This document shows, one piece after another, positions 1 to 9,896 of a stretch of DNA of 64,000 bases; positions within the stretch are counted from its first letter, which is position 1; each line of letters opens with the position of its first letter. This stretch comes from Bdellovibrio sp. (GTDB lineage: Bacteria; Bdellovibrionota; Bdellovibrionia; Bdellovibrionales; Bdellovibrionaceae). The notes under the pieces are model-generated. The model worked only from the letters and a program-made list of their open reading frames with translations. It did no database searches and was not told the origin of the DNA. The DNA is taken from contig JAKFCY010000002.1 of assembly GCA_036676395.1 (NCBI GenBank), positions 288,001 to 352,000 of the forward strand. The letters run 5' to 3'. A program made the translations under genes and the position numbers.

Positions 1-1
1 T

Positions 2-253
2 CAATTTGCAACCTTAGTGCAAACTGTACCCGAAGCTCTGGTGGCGCAAAGTTATATGACAATTACTGATCAGGCGATGGTACAGAATTTAGAAAGTTTA
101 ATGAGCCGAGCGCGTGAATTAGTTTATGAAACGCATCGAGATAAAATTCCGTTTTCTCAATTTGAATGTGAAATATTTTTACAGGCATTTTTAGACAGTG
201 CCGGCGCACCAGAATACTTTTTTGTAAGTTTAACCAAGGTGAATGAGGAGTAA
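2..253 (+). CDS. C-terminal part of a hypothetical protein (truncated by window start)
   Basis: Frame is open from base 2 to TAA at 251-253. It sits 8 bp upstream of the next gene, whose SD (GAGGAG) lies in its last codons. Confidence 0.6.
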   Translation, partial: QFATLVQTVPEALVAQSYMTITDQAMVQNLESLMSRARELVYETHRDKIPFSQFECEIFLQAFLDSAGAPEYFFVSLTKVNEE

Positions 254-261
254 AGCACTAG

Positions 262-1497
262 ATGTCGACGGCTGAAAAGCTTAACCCCGCAGTTCAAATT
301 AAATTGAAAGTGCTGAAAGGACCGCACGAAGGGCAGTCTTTTCACCTTGCAAAGAGCTCGTTTACTTTAGGACGTGGTCCTGAGAACGAGGTCGTGTTAA
401 TTAATGATCCGCAGATCAGTCGTCAGCATGCGCGTTTACAAGTGGTTGGCCAAGATATCGAAATTATTAATCTCAGCAAAAAAAATAAAGTGATGGTGGG
501 ATCAGAAGAAATTCAGAAATGGAAACTGATCAATGATTCTACTTTTGTTATAGGTGATACTGAACTTCAAATTGCTTTTGAAATTGAAAAAATCACGCCC
601 GTAGCGCCGTTGCCGCAATTAGTGCCTATAAGCAATTTACCAGCGTTGCCAACTCCGCCAGTTGAAAGTGGAGCACCTTCTTCTCCAGCTCCGGGCGGTG
701 CAAGTGGGCCGCAGGCAAACGCACCAAAAATAAAACAACAACCAGCTCAGCGAAAGCCAATGTCTGCGCCAGCAATGCGCCAACAAGCGCCGGCGCAAAG
801 ACAACAGCAAATGCAACAACGCGGTCCGATGGTTGCGGGTCGGCCGATGCAACAACAAATGCAGCGACCGATGCAGCAGCAACAAAATGCACAGGTAAAT
901 TTAGGGTATGCAAAACCTCAACAAGCCAGTGGTGGATTTTTTGCAAATCCAAAAGTTCGATTTTATTTAATCGTCGGCATAGCGGTCTTTAGTCTAGTTT
1001 ATTGGCTGAATATGGAAGAGCCCAAAAAAGCTCAATCTACAGAGATTAAGTCGACTTTAAAATATGAAGATGAATATCTTCTTAAACAAAATTCGGTCAC
1101 TGAAAAAGAGCTGGACCTAAAACGTAAAAACCAATTGGAGCAAAAGAACTCGCCGACCAATTTACGTATCCAAGAGAACTTTCAAAAAGGGATGCGTGAT
1201 TTTCAGTTAGGCAATTACACGCGCTCCCTAGACTTTTTTCAGGTTGTTCTGAACTTAGATTCAAGCCACGTCATGGCCCGTAGGCATTTATATTTAGCAA
1301 AAATCCGCTTCGATGAAATCGTAAAAGCGAAATTAGCACTTGGAGAAAGTTATTATCAGAAGCATAATTTTAAAATGTGCCTGGCTAATTACCAGCAAGT
1401 TTTGACTATGCTTCAGGGTAAAAACAACGACCAAAGTTACCAAACAGCCCAAAGCATGTCAGAAAAGTGTCAACTGGCAGCTGAGGGAATTCGTTAA
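262..1497 (+). CDS. FHA-domain membrane protein with Pro/Gln-rich linker, single TM helix and C-terminal TPR-like region
   Basis: FHA motifs TLGRGPEN and ISRQHA; low-complexity P/Q linker; TM FYLIVGIAVFSLVYWL; TPR-like helices (GMRDFQLGNY, LGESYYQKHNF). Confidence 0.85.
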   Translation: MSTAEKLNPAVQIKLKVLKGPHEGQSFHLAKSSFTLGRGPENEVVLINDPQISRQHARLQVVGQDIEIINLSKKNKVMVGSEEIQKWKLINDSTFVIGDTELQIAFEIEKITPVAPLPQLVPISNLPALPTPPVESGAPSSPAPGGASGPQANAPKIKQQPAQRKPMSAPAMRQQAPAQRQQQMQQRGPMVAGRPMQQQMQRPMQQQQNAQVNLGYAKPQQASGGFFANPKVRFYLIVGIAVFSLVYWLNMEEPKKAQSTEIKSTLKYEDEYLLKQNSVTEKELDLKRKNQLEQKNSPTNLRIQENFQKGMRDFQLGNYTRSLDFFQVVLNLDSSHVMARRHLYLAKIRFDEIVKAKLALGESYYQKHNFKMCLANYQQVLTMLQGKNNDQSYQTAQSMSEKCQLAAEGIR

Positions 1498-1499
1498 AT

Positions 1500-3581
1500 A
1501 TGTCGAGACTGAAAGTTATATTAAGGGGAGCACAGATCAGTGACTTAAACCTTAGCCCCGAGCGTGAATACGTCGGTGGCCGTAAGGAAAGTTGTGATAT
1601 CCGTTTGCAACCTGAAAAAGGAATCTCGCGCGAACATTTCAAATTAAAATTTGAAGAAGGCCGCTGGATATTAACGTCACTCTCACGTTTTGGCGAAATC
1701 TTTTCTTTAGGGCAAAGAGTTGAATCAACACCGCTCGAGCATGGCCAGGTTTTTCAAATTCCACCGTATGAATTTACGTTAAGCGATATACCAGATTCAC
1801 AAAGTGATAGCGTTAATGCCAATGAGATGCCAGAGGCCGGCGAAAATGAACGAACGGTTATTGGCGTAGCCCAGCAAGTACCTTATATCAAAATGATGTC
1901 GTCAGACGGAGCCGTTCGCGAAATGCTTCGTTTAGAAGTGGGCGATGTTTGGGCTGCGGGGCGCGATCCTTCGTGCCAAATTATTATTCCTGATCAGCGT
2001 GTAAGTCGTCGGCAATTTGAAGTTAGAAAAATTAATGGTATTTACACGATCATTGATTTAACGAGCGTGAACGGAACTTTCTTAAATGGTTCACCTATTT
2101 CAAGCACTGATCCGCAACCCTTAAAATCTGGCGATGCGATCACCGTACTTGATAACACCATGTACTTCGAACTTCATGATCCAAACTTTCAATACCGTAT
2201 GGAGCGTATTGAAGTTCCTCCATTGCAAATGGCAGGTGCTGCCGGTATTGATGATCTTGAAGAAATTGGTCTTGATGAAATTCCACTAGAAGAAGAACAA
2301 TACGATCCGAATCAGGATATGAATTACCCGCAAGAAATTGATCAAGGTTATTACCAAGATCAGTTAAATCCGGATGGCAGCCCGTTTACCGGAATGCCAC
2401 AAGAACAAATGCAGGGTGATTACTACAATATGCAACAGGGTGAACAAGCTCCTGAGCAACAAGGCCCACCGCCGACACCCATTGTTCAGGCCTGGAACAG
2501 ATTTAAAAATAACAAACCCGTTTTCTTTTCAGTGATCGCTTTGTTTTTGGTCGGCATGTATTTTTTAAGTGATATGATGAATTCGCCAGCGCCGCAAAAG
2601 AGCGGTCAGCAACAGGCTTTTAATCCGGATGATCCATTGTCTCGCTTAAAACCAGAAGAGCGCGAAAATGTTAATCTTTGGTATAACAATGCTGAAAAAG
2701 CCCTTCGTCAACAGGCGTTCACTATAGCCAAAGAAAATTTAGATAATATTCATAAACTAATGCCATTGGGATATAAAGATTCAAAACTTTATGAAGCTGA
2801 AGCTTTAAATGGTGAACAAACTTTATTAACTCAGCAAGAAACAGAACGTCGTGAAAAAGAACAGGCTGAATTACAGACCCTGATCAAGGCCACATTAGAA
2901 AAATGTGAAAAGGCCATTGTACCAGAAACGACTCCGGAAGGTTTGCAAGATTGCTTAGCGCCAGTGACAATCAATGATCCGACAAATGCCGAGGCCGAAA
3001 GAATGTTAATGCAGGTTAGAAAAACAATTTCTGACCGCTTAGCTAAAGAAGAAGCAGAACGTGTGGCAAAAAATCAGCGAGAAGAATTGAAAGAAATTTT
3101 TGAACGCGCAGAAAAAGTTCATGAAACTGGTTTTCCGAAAAAAGCCATTAAAGCTTATCGCGAAGTTATTGATAGTGATCTTCCGGATCCAGATGGATTA
3201 AAAGACACGGCGGCACTGCGAATTAAATTTATACAAAAAAAGTTAGAAGAACGTAATGCTAATAATATTTCAAGTGCTGAGCTTTATTTAAAAGACGGTA
3301 AATTTAAAGAAGGCATCATGGCTTTACGAGCGGCTTTGCAATTTGATCCCGATAATCAAACGATCAAAGATAAAATCGAGCGTTACTCAAATGATTTGCG
3401 CAATCAGGTGAAGGTGATGTACCAAGAGTCGATCATCGATGAAAATTTTGGTTATGTAGATGGTTCTGATACCCGCCCGGGTGCAAAAGATAAATGGAAA
3501 AAAATTATCGATATCGATTTAGAGGACGGCGATTATTACCGTAAGGCCTTCATTAAGTTAAAACGTTATGGAGTATTATAA
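1500..3581 (+). CDS. Tandem FHA-domain membrane protein with acidic linker, TM helix and periplasmic TPR/coiled-coil region
   Basis: Two FHA domains (GGRKESC..ISREH; AGRDPSC..VSRRQ..SVNGTFLNG), TM VFFSVIALFLVGMYFL, TPR-like C-terminus. Confidence 0.85.
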   Translation: MSRLKVILRGAQISDLNLSPEREYVGGRKESCDIRLQPEKGISREHFKLKFEEGRWILTSLSRFGEIFSLGQRVESTPLEHGQVFQIPPYEFTLSDIPDSQSDSVNANEMPEAGENERTVIGVAQQVPYIKMMSSDGAVREMLRLEVGDVWAAGRDPSCQIIIPDQRVSRRQFEVRKINGIYTIIDLTSVNGTFLNGSPISSTDPQPLKSGDAITVLDNTMYFELHDPNFQYRMERIEVPPLQMAGAAGIDDLEEIGLDEIPLEEEQYDPNQDMNYPQEIDQGYYQDQLNPDGSPFTGMPQEQMQGDYYNMQQGEQAPEQQGPPPTPIVQAWNRFKNNKPVFFSVIALFLVGMYFLSDMMNSPAPQKSGQQQAFNPDDPLSRLKPEERENVNLWYNNAEKALRQQAFTIAKENLDNIHKLMPLGYKDSKLYEAEALNGEQTLLTQQETERREKEQAELQTLIKATLEKCEKAIVPETTPEGLQDCLAPVTINDPTNAEAERMLMQVRKTISDRLAKEEAERVAKNQREELKEIFERAEKVHETGFPKKAIKAYREVIDSDLPDPDGLKDTAALRIKFIQKKLEERNANNISSAELYLKDGKFKEGIMALRAALQFDPDNQTIKDKIERYSNDLRNQVKVMYQESIIDENFGYVDGSDTRPGAKDKWKKIIDIDLEDGDYYRKAFIKLKRYGVL

Positions 3582-3583
3582 TC

Positions 3584-4162
3584 GTGAAATCAAAAATTAA
3601 CTCACATAACGGCGACCAAAAGTTTCCTCAAACCAGATTACACAGTTTGTTAAATGATAATTTACTGGTGTGCATTCGTTTGTGGAGTGGACCTGAGGCT
3701 GAACAAAAAGCCGTGGATGAAATTTCAAGATATCTTTCTGCGGCAGATGCAGATTTAGAAGTGACGACGCCCTTCGACTATATTGAAAGCCTATCTTCAT
3801 TATCAAATAAAGTGCGGGTAGCTTTGTTGTTGGCTAACGAAGCCATTTATTTAGATAATAAAGAAAGATATACCCAAGGCTATGAAATCGCGATTTGTTA
3901 CAAGCATAACAAAGAAATCAGTATTGGATCAGTGGGCCGTTTTGCATTTACTGCAGAAAAAAAAGATAAACACTTTACGATATTTGAATCAGGCGCATTT
4001 TTAGATGATTTGGTTTTATTACCTACAGATTTATTGGGCATCGAACGCGAAGTAGATATTAAATGCACTTCGGTTTCTACGCGTGATTTAGAAGCCATTC
4101 AAATTAGCTCAACGTTTGACGAAAACACTTATTGGCAAGCGCACCTTAATCAATTTGACTGA
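3584..4162 (+). CDS. Hypothetical protein, possible degenerate PP2C/PPM phosphatase-like fold
   Basis: GTG start 2 bp after the upstream stop. ANEAIY...GYEIAICY...ISIGSVG resembles the PP2C core, but the DG/GDS metal motifs are missing. Confidence 0.55.
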   Translation: MKSKINSHNGDQKFPQTRLHSLLNDNLLVCIRLWSGPEAEQKAVDEISRYLSAADADLEVTTPFDYIESLSSLSNKVRVALLLANEAIYLDNKERYTQGYEIAICYKHNKEISIGSVGRFAFTAEKKDKHFTIFESGAFLDDLVLLPTDLLGIEREVDIKCTSVSTRDLEAIQISSTFDENTYWQAHLNQFD

Positions 4163-4187
4163 TTAATTGCCAATTCTTCGAATTGAG

Positions 4188-5864
4188 TTATAGTACAAAA
4201 GCCGGATCGATAAAAATCAATGGGTGATACCAAACTTTATTGGGCTGATATAAACCCCACATGTTTTCTAAAGCCAGATTCCAAATCGCGATTTTAATTT
4301 CTTCAAAATATTTTTTACGACTTAACTCATAAGTTAGCTTTGCTTTTTCAGAGCTTAAATCAAATAGACTTGCGTGTTTAAACTTTAAATAATCGACGAA
4401 TAAACTATCATGACAAGATTTTAGCTGTGAAAGGCTTGTCGGTGGTTTGCTGATCAGATTTAAACACCCCGAATAGGCCATATCCAGTTTTGTCAGATCT
4501 AATTTATCGATTTGTTTATTTTTAAGCTGTTGATTTAACCAGTACAGATAAAGCGGATGGTTTTCAGAAATTTTTAACGAGAAAAATTCAGCAGCAGGTA
4601 AAGTGTTTTTTAAATAATCCCGGGCGATCACCGAGCCATTATCTTCAATGGGAGTAATGCTTGTCATAAATAAACGACGAATGCTTGGAATATCCTGCTC
4701 CGCATTTTTTTTGTTATTAAGGTTAACAACTTCAAAGCGATCGGTCGCTAAATTAAAAATTTCGGTTTCATCTTTGCGATCTATAACTAATAATGTCGGG
4801 CTGATAATCGCAAAGTTCAATTGTAGGGGTGATTTGATCCATGTATTAGAGGCTTCAACCAACAGCTGGCGAGTGCCGGCGATGCTGTCAGAGGCTTCAC
4901 TGTAAAATTGACTGAGGTTCAACACTGGAAATCCATCAAGTGTTGAGGGTTCGTCTGACGCGAAGAAATTCTTAAGAGTATACCCTATGTCGGCCAGACT
5001 TATAGGAATGTCGTTCTTCCACGAAATGCCTTCATCGCCTTGCATGCGTGGAGGTTTGATTAAAAGTGACACAAGCGTATTTTCAGAGTGTAAATTTAAA
5101 AAAGCAGTTTCATTTAGGCGGTTATAATTATTGCTGCCGCGCAAACCGACAACGTAAACGTAAGTTTTATCCCAAATGCCGCGATCTTTTAGTTCAGTGA
5201 TAAAGTTAAAGAGTTTTTCGTCTAATCTTTCAAGGTTAGTCGATGTTGTATCAAGCTCATTTAAAGCCTCGATTTCAGAATTGGTAATCACCGCAAAAAA
5301 GGGAGTCGAGTCTTCTTGTTGCCAATCTAAAAAGCTTTCTGAAGTGGTTTTGAAATCTTTGATAATTTGGTTTGAATATTGAGCGGCTGCTGAATCATCG
5401 AAGGTATCAAAGTATTTCGATAAGCCAGTCTTTTTAAGTACATGCGGGTTGCCAGCGAAAAACCCAGTGCGATAACCTTTGTGGTATGCAGCCTCTTGTG
5501 CGGTTTTAACTTGCGAGTTTAATTGATCAAAACTGCGATGCACGCCGTGAACCAGCGGATACTGGCCAGTTAATATTGATCCCATCGCGGCAGCAGGTTG
5601 TAAGGATGTGGTGTAAGCATGAGTAAAGCGCATGAACTCTTTACAAATCAGAGCGATACCCGAATTGTCGTCGTTTTTTTCTTCAGAACAGTTCAGACGT
5701 TCATTGTCGAGTTGGTCAAATGCCAGAATTAACACAGATTTTTTTGTTTCACTTTGGCAAGAGGTCTGGAAAAGAAACAACATAATAAACAAAACAGTGA
5801 CAAAAATCGGTCGTGCCCAGACTTTGGTATATTGAGTAAAATTGAGTTTTTTTGACCGGCTCAT
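4188..5864 (-). CDS. Sulfatase/alkaline-phosphatase-superfamily exported protein
   Basis: VLILAFDQL, FTHAYTTS...SILTGQYPLVHGV, GYRTGFF and FNLATDRFE motifs; N-terminal hydrophobic signal or lipoprotein segment. Confidence 0.75.
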   Translation of the reverse strand: MSRSKKLNFTQYTKVWARPIFVTVLFIMLFLFQTSCQSETKKSVLILAFDQLDNERLNCSEEKNDDNSGIALICKEFMRFTHAYTTSLQPAAAMGSILTGQYPLVHGVHRSFDQLNSQVKTAQEAAYHKGYRTGFFAGNPHVLKKTGLSKYFDTFDDSAAAQYSNQIIKDFKTTSESFLDWQQEDSTPFFAVITNSEIEALNELDTTSTNLERLDEKLFNFITELKDRGIWDKTYVYVVGLRGSNNYNRLNETAFLNLHSENTLVSLLIKPPRMQGDEGISWKNDIPISLADIGYTLKNFFASDEPSTLDGFPVLNLSQFYSEASDSIAGTRQLLVEASNTWIKSPLQLNFAIISPTLLVIDRKDETEIFNLATDRFEVVNLNNKKNAEQDIPSIRRLFMTSITPIEDNGSVIARDYLKNTLPAAEFFSLKISENHPLYLYWLNQQLKNKQIDKLDLTKLDMAYSGCLNLISKPPTSLSQLKSCHDSLFVDYLKFKHASLFDLSSEKAKLTYELSRKKYFEEIKIAIWNLALENMWGLYQPNKVWYHPLIFIDPAFVL

Positions 5865-5917
5865 GAACTAACATCATAATGACTAAGTAATAAATGTAAA
5901 GACTAAAGGAGCCATCC

Positions 5918-6544
5918 ATGTTCACAGAAAAAATATTCGCCGTAGCTCATTACGCAGATCAATTCGTATTATTGGTTTTAGTATTAATGAGTGTGATTTC
6001 AATCGCTATGATTTTTGAAAGATTTATGACTTTAAAAAAAGTCGCATCAGAAAGTGAACGTGTGCGTGCCCGCGTACGTATGGCTTTGCAAACGGGTTCA
6101 GTCAGTGATTATGAAGATATCGCAAAAGATCCAACTTCAATCGAAGGCCGAGCTGCAGGACAAGCGTTAAAACATTTTAAACAAAATGGTGAGCCGGGTT
6201 TTACTGAAGTATTTAACACTTTTATTTTAACTGAAAAACCAGATCTGGAAAAATTTCTTCCGGTATTGGCTACGATTGCATCGAATGCTCCGTTTATCGG
6301 GTTATTCGGTACGGTATTAGGTATCATGAAAGCATTTAATGATTTAGCAATGGCCCCAGAAGCTGGACAACAAACAGTTATGGCCGGTATCTCGGTAGCT
6401 TTAGTTGCCACAGCAGCGGGTCTATTCGTGGCGATTCCAGCCGGTATGTTTTTCAATTATTTCACGCGCAAAGTTCGTACGATTATCAACAGTGTTGAGT
6501 CGGTTAAAGAACTTGGTATCGCATACACTAAAAAAACGAAATAG
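5918..6544 (+). CDS. MotA/TolQ/ExbB proton channel family protein
   Basis: LATIASNAPFIGLFGTVLGIM and ALVATAAGLFVAIPA signatures; SD AAGGAG. Confidence 0.93.
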   Translation: MFTEKIFAVAHYADQFVLLVLVLMSVISIAMIFERFMTLKKVASESERVRARVRMALQTGSVSDYEDIAKDPTSIEGRAAGQALKHFKQNGEPGFTEVFNTFILTEKPDLEKFLPVLATIASNAPFIGLFGTVLGIMKAFNDLAMAPEAGQQTVMAGISVALVATAAGLFVAIPAGMFFNYFTRKVRTIINSVESVKELGIAYTKKTK

Positions 6545-6551
6545 GTGAGTT

Positions 6552-6953
6552 ATGGCTTTTAAAGCTGACCAAGATGAAATTATGTCAGAAATTAACGTCG
6601 TCCCATTGGTCGACGTTATTCTGGTTGTATTGATTATTTTTATGGTGACGGCGCCAATGATTATGAAGCCGTCAATTAATGTTAACCTTCCGAAAGCAGC
6701 TTCTGGCGAAGCGACGACACCTTCAAAATTAAATATTACGATCAGCAACGATGGTAAATTAAATTTAGATGGCGAAATCGTTGAAGACGCCCAGGTGCAG
6801 GCGAAAGCTTTAGAAGAAGTCGGTAAAAATCCGGATATCCAGGCGATTATTGCGGCAGATAAAGATGTTCCGCATGGCCGTGTGGTTTCGGTTTTAGATA
6901 TCGTTAAAGGTGCGGGCGTAAAAAAATTCGCGATCAGTATCGATAAAAAATAA
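6552..6953 (+). CDS. ExbD/TolR family protein
   Basis: EINVVPLVDVILVVLIIFMVTAP and ADKDVPHGRVV signatures. Confidence 0.93.
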   Translation: MAFKADQDEIMSEINVVPLVDVILVVLIIFMVTAPMIMKPSINVNLPKAASGEATTPSKLNITISNDGKLNLDGEIVEDAQVQAKALEEVGKNPDIQAIIAADKDVPHGRVVSVLDIVKGAGVKKFAISIDKK

Positions 6954-6970
6954 TTTTGAATTAAAAATGA

Positions 6971-7009
6971 AAATAAAAAGGGTGATCGGCTAGATCACCC
7001 TTTTTATTT
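6971..7009. terminator. Bidirectional intrinsic terminator
   Basis: Perfect inverted repeat AAATAAAAAGGGTGATC-ggcta-GATCACCCTTTTTATTT between convergent genes. Confidence 0.9.
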
Positions 7010-7026
7010 CGAATTTATTTTTTTTG

Positions 7027-7614
7027 TTAGTACCAGTATTTCACAGCGCCATTTACGGTTAATGAGTCGTTTTCCAAGTCTCCTTGTTCTTCAACAAAGT
7101 TGTACCGGGCATTTGCGCCAAGCGTGATATAGTCTTTATCCATATCACTGACTGGAATATCGAATCCAACCATTGGAGCGGCTACACCTAAAGTATCGTC
7201 TTCGTTGATAAGTGCACCGATACCTAAAGCGACCCAGCTATGTTTAATGAACGTTGTGTCACCACCGAATGCGTAACCGGCTTTAAGTAAAGCAGTATGC
7301 ACATCTTCTTCGGCATCACCTGATCCAACTTGCGAAAAACCATATTCAAGCCCTAGCGTGAAATTTTCTTTCGTAGGAACATAGCCGATATCAAGACCGA
7401 TATTAGCTTCATCATCACCATCGCTATCCTCGGGCATCACGGCACCAGCAAGAAGACCTACATGCGGTTTATATTCTGAAGTAAACATATTAGGTTTTCT
7501 CATGCTTAGGTAACCGGAATCGTCTTCGGCTGCTACAGCGGATAAACTAAAACAAGTACATGACGCTACAATAACTAATAACTTAGTAACTAAACTAGAC
7601 ATTCTATTTTTCAT
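7027..7614 (-). CDS. Small outer-membrane beta-barrel protein
   Basis: Signal peptide ending AVA-A, amphipathic beta strands, aromatic C-terminus VKYWY; SD AAGGAGGAG. Confidence 0.75.
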   Translation of the reverse strand: MKNRMSSLVTKLLVIVASCTCFSLSAVAAEDDSGYLSMRKPNMFTSEYKPHVGLLAGAVMPEDSDGDDEANIGLDIGYVPTKENFTLGLEYGFSQVGSGDAEEDVHTALLKAGYAFGGDTTFIKHSWVALGIGALINEDDTLGVAAPMVGFDIPVSDMDKDYITLGANARYNFVEEQGDLENDSLTVNGAVKYWY

Positions 7615-7759
7615 AAACTCCTCCTTGTAGTTAACCCACTTATAATGAGCAAATCGAAGTACCGAGTCATTTGTCCCAGATTGGGCCGTTTTTATTCTAA
7701 TTTTGTTTTATATTGAGACACTGTGACGACATATGCCGAGAACTATTCCTCAATTGCGT

Positions 7760-7786
7760 TCAATTTCACCAGACCAAATCCGATAA
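7760..7786 (+). promoter_or_regulatory. Putative sigma28 (FliA) promoter
   Basis: TCAA-N15-TCCGATAA, compared with consensus TAAA-N15-GCCGATAA. Confidence 0.6.
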
Positions 7787-7792
7787 GAACAT

Positions 7793-8317
7793 GTGATCAA
7801 AAACTTACGACGCCGACACAAAAGTATAATCATAGCTGTGCTGTGCTTGATGGTAACATCAGGTGTAAGCGGTTATTATATTTTTAAGCCTGCGCCACGC
7901 CTGCAAAACTTTTCGGGCCGTTCACCGGCCTCGATTCAGCCGCTCGAAGCTGTTCAGGATGAGCCCGCATTTTTTGCTGGGGATGAAATTAAAAAACCAA
8001 CTCCGTTTGAAACAACGTTGGCCTTAGATTGCCAAGAGCTGTTTGCTGAGAATTCTAAAATCAGTTCAGCGAGTGTTTCTTCAGGTCATGTTATTTTAAA
8101 ACTCTCACACTGCGCGAAACAAATCGATTCAGTGAAAAATATTGAGCTGATTAACAAAACGAATGGCTATAATGCGCAATTATTTAAGCTGAGTAAGACG
8201 CAGTTTAATTCAGATTTTATTCAATTGGATAAAGGGGATAATCACCTCGAATTCGAAATCAGCCTAAACGACGGGCAAAAAAAACTGCAAATATTTAAAA
8301 TTCAGCGAATTCAATAG
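7793..8317 (+). CDS. Hypothetical membrane-anchored exported protein
   Basis: N-terminal TM, RSPAS motif, beta-rich C-terminus. Confidence 0.75.
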   Translation: MIKNLRRRHKSIIIAVLCLMVTSGVSGYYIFKPAPRLQNFSGRSPASIQPLEAVQDEPAFFAGDEIKKPTPFETTLALDCQELFAENSKISSASVSSGHVILKLSHCAKQIDSVKNIELINKTNGYNAQLFKLSKTQFNSDFIQLDKGDNHLEFEISLNDGQKKLQIFKIQRIQ

Positions 8318-8383
8318 GCTAAATAGCCGATTTGACCGCTTTTTGGGTGACAGGAACGCTGGCTTTACATAATTTTATGCGGC

Positions 8384-9061
8384 GTGAATGACACTCAAGG
8401 TTCTCAAAATTTAAACAGTCTGGCTGGCGATTTAAAAAAGCGCTCCGATGTTCATATTGCCCGTAAAATCTGGCATATGACCGGTGTAAGTATTTTCTTT
8501 ATTGGCTGGTCGCTCTTACCTCATTGGTTAAGCATGAGTTTATTGATTCTAGGTTGGTTCGCATTCGTGCCGCCAGATTTAATTCGTTTATATAACCCAA
8601 ATTTAAATCGTATTCTAACCCGTTGGTTTCGTCCCATCATGCGTAAGAACGAACTCGATCGTCCGGCGGGAACAACTTACTTACTGACCGGTGTTATTTT
8701 TATCGGGTTTATTTTTCCACCAGAAATCGTAGGCTTAAGCTTATTGTTTTTAGCGTTTGCTGACCCAATTGCAAGTTATATAGGAATCCGTTATGGCAAA
8801 GATAAAATATTTGGCCATAAATCAGTGCAGGGATTTCTGGCTGCGTTTGTCGTTTGTTTTTTAGCGACATTTATTTACTTATACTTAAAAAATATCAGTG
8901 ATTATATTTTGATCGTAAGTCTTATTGCAGGCCTAATCGGCGCTTTAGCTGAGTTAGTGCCGATTGCAAAAATTGATGATAATTTTACGATGCCAGTATT
9001 AAGCAGCGTCGGTTTGTACTTTATTTTTACTTTTTTTAATATTTTCCAGCACTTAAAATAA
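8384..9061 (+). CDS. CTP-dependent diacylglycerol/polyprenol (phytol/dolichol) kinase family membrane protein
   Basis: RKIWHM, ADPIASYIGIRYG, KSVQG and IDDNFTMP motifs. Confidence 0.85.
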   Translation: MNDTQGSQNLNSLAGDLKKRSDVHIARKIWHMTGVSIFFIGWSLLPHWLSMSLLILGWFAFVPPDLIRLYNPNLNRILTRWFRPIMRKNELDRPAGTTYLLTGVIFIGFIFPPEIVGLSLLFLAFADPIASYIGIRYGKDKIFGHKSVQGFLAAFVVCFLATFIYLYLKNISDYILIVSLIAGLIGALAELVPIAKIDDNFTMPVLSSVGLYFIFTFFNIFQHLK

Positions 9062-9077
9062 CAACATAGGATTTATT

Positions 9078-9896
9078 ATGGTTGATCAATTCGATGAACT
9101 TGAAGAAAAAACAACATCTGGCAAACGCTTGGGCATGTATGTTTACATTTTGCCAAATCTTGTAACGATTGGAAATTTATTCTGCGGCTTTTTTTCAATT
9201 ATCAAAACTTTTGAAAAAGACTATAAAGTGGCAGCGATTGCAATCGTGATTGCTGCGATTTTTGACCAGTTAGATGGCCGTCTTGCAAGGTTAACTCGTG
9301 CAACTTCTCAGTTCGGTGCTGAACTTGATTCATTATGTGATGCGGTCAGCTTTGGTGTGGCACCCGGAATGTTAATGTATTTCTGGGCCTTGCAGCCATT
9401 CGGACGTTTAGGTTACATGGCGGGCTTTTTATTTGCAGCTTGCGGGGTTTTACGTTTAGCGCGCTTCAATGTTCAAGTTGGAGTGGTCGAGAAAAACTAC
9501 TTTCAAGGCTTACCAATTCCAATGGCAGGCGGAATTATCGCATCTGCAGTTCTAGCTTTTGAAGATATGGGTTGGGTTGCAGAAGGTAATGTCGGTTTAC
9601 TAGTTGTAACAATGTTATTAGCATTCGTGATGGTTTCAAATTTTAGATATCGTTCATTTAAAGATATTGATTTAAAACAACGTCTGCCATTTAAATATTT
9701 AATTGCCGGCGTGATAGTTTTATTTGTTGTGGCACTTCGTCCTGAGATGATGCTGTTTGTCTTGTTCTTTGGTTACGCAGCATTGGGTGCTGTTTTCGGA
9801 GTTTTTCGTTGGGGTAAGAACCGCAAACAATTACCAGCCAGCGTTTACGCTCCGGCACAAACGAACGAAAAAGATTTACAAGAAGAGGTCGACTAA
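9078..9896 (+). CDS. pssA: CDP-diacylglycerol--serine O-phosphatidyltransferase
   Basis: LPNLVTIGNLFCG; CDP-alcohol motif DGRLAR...GAELDSLCDAVSFG; RLARFN; FQGLPIP. Confidence 0.93.
   Translation: MVDQFDELEEKTTSGKRLGMYVYILPNLVTIGNLFCGFFSIIKTFEKDYKVAAIAIVIAAIFDQLDGRLARLTRATSQFGAELDSLCDAVSFGVAPGMLMYFWALQPFGRLGYMAGFLFAACGVLRLARFNVQVGVVEKNYFQGLPIPMAGGIIASAVLAFEDMGWVAEGNVGLLVVTMLLAFVMVSNFRYRSFKDIDLKQRLPFKYLIAGVIVLFVVALRPEMMLFVLFFGYAALGAVFGVFRWGKNRKQLPASVYAPAQTNEKDLQEEVD

Noticed and set aside
720..900. CAA/CAG-rich repeats as a repeat element
   Set aside because: Explained by the Gln/Pro-rich protein linker.
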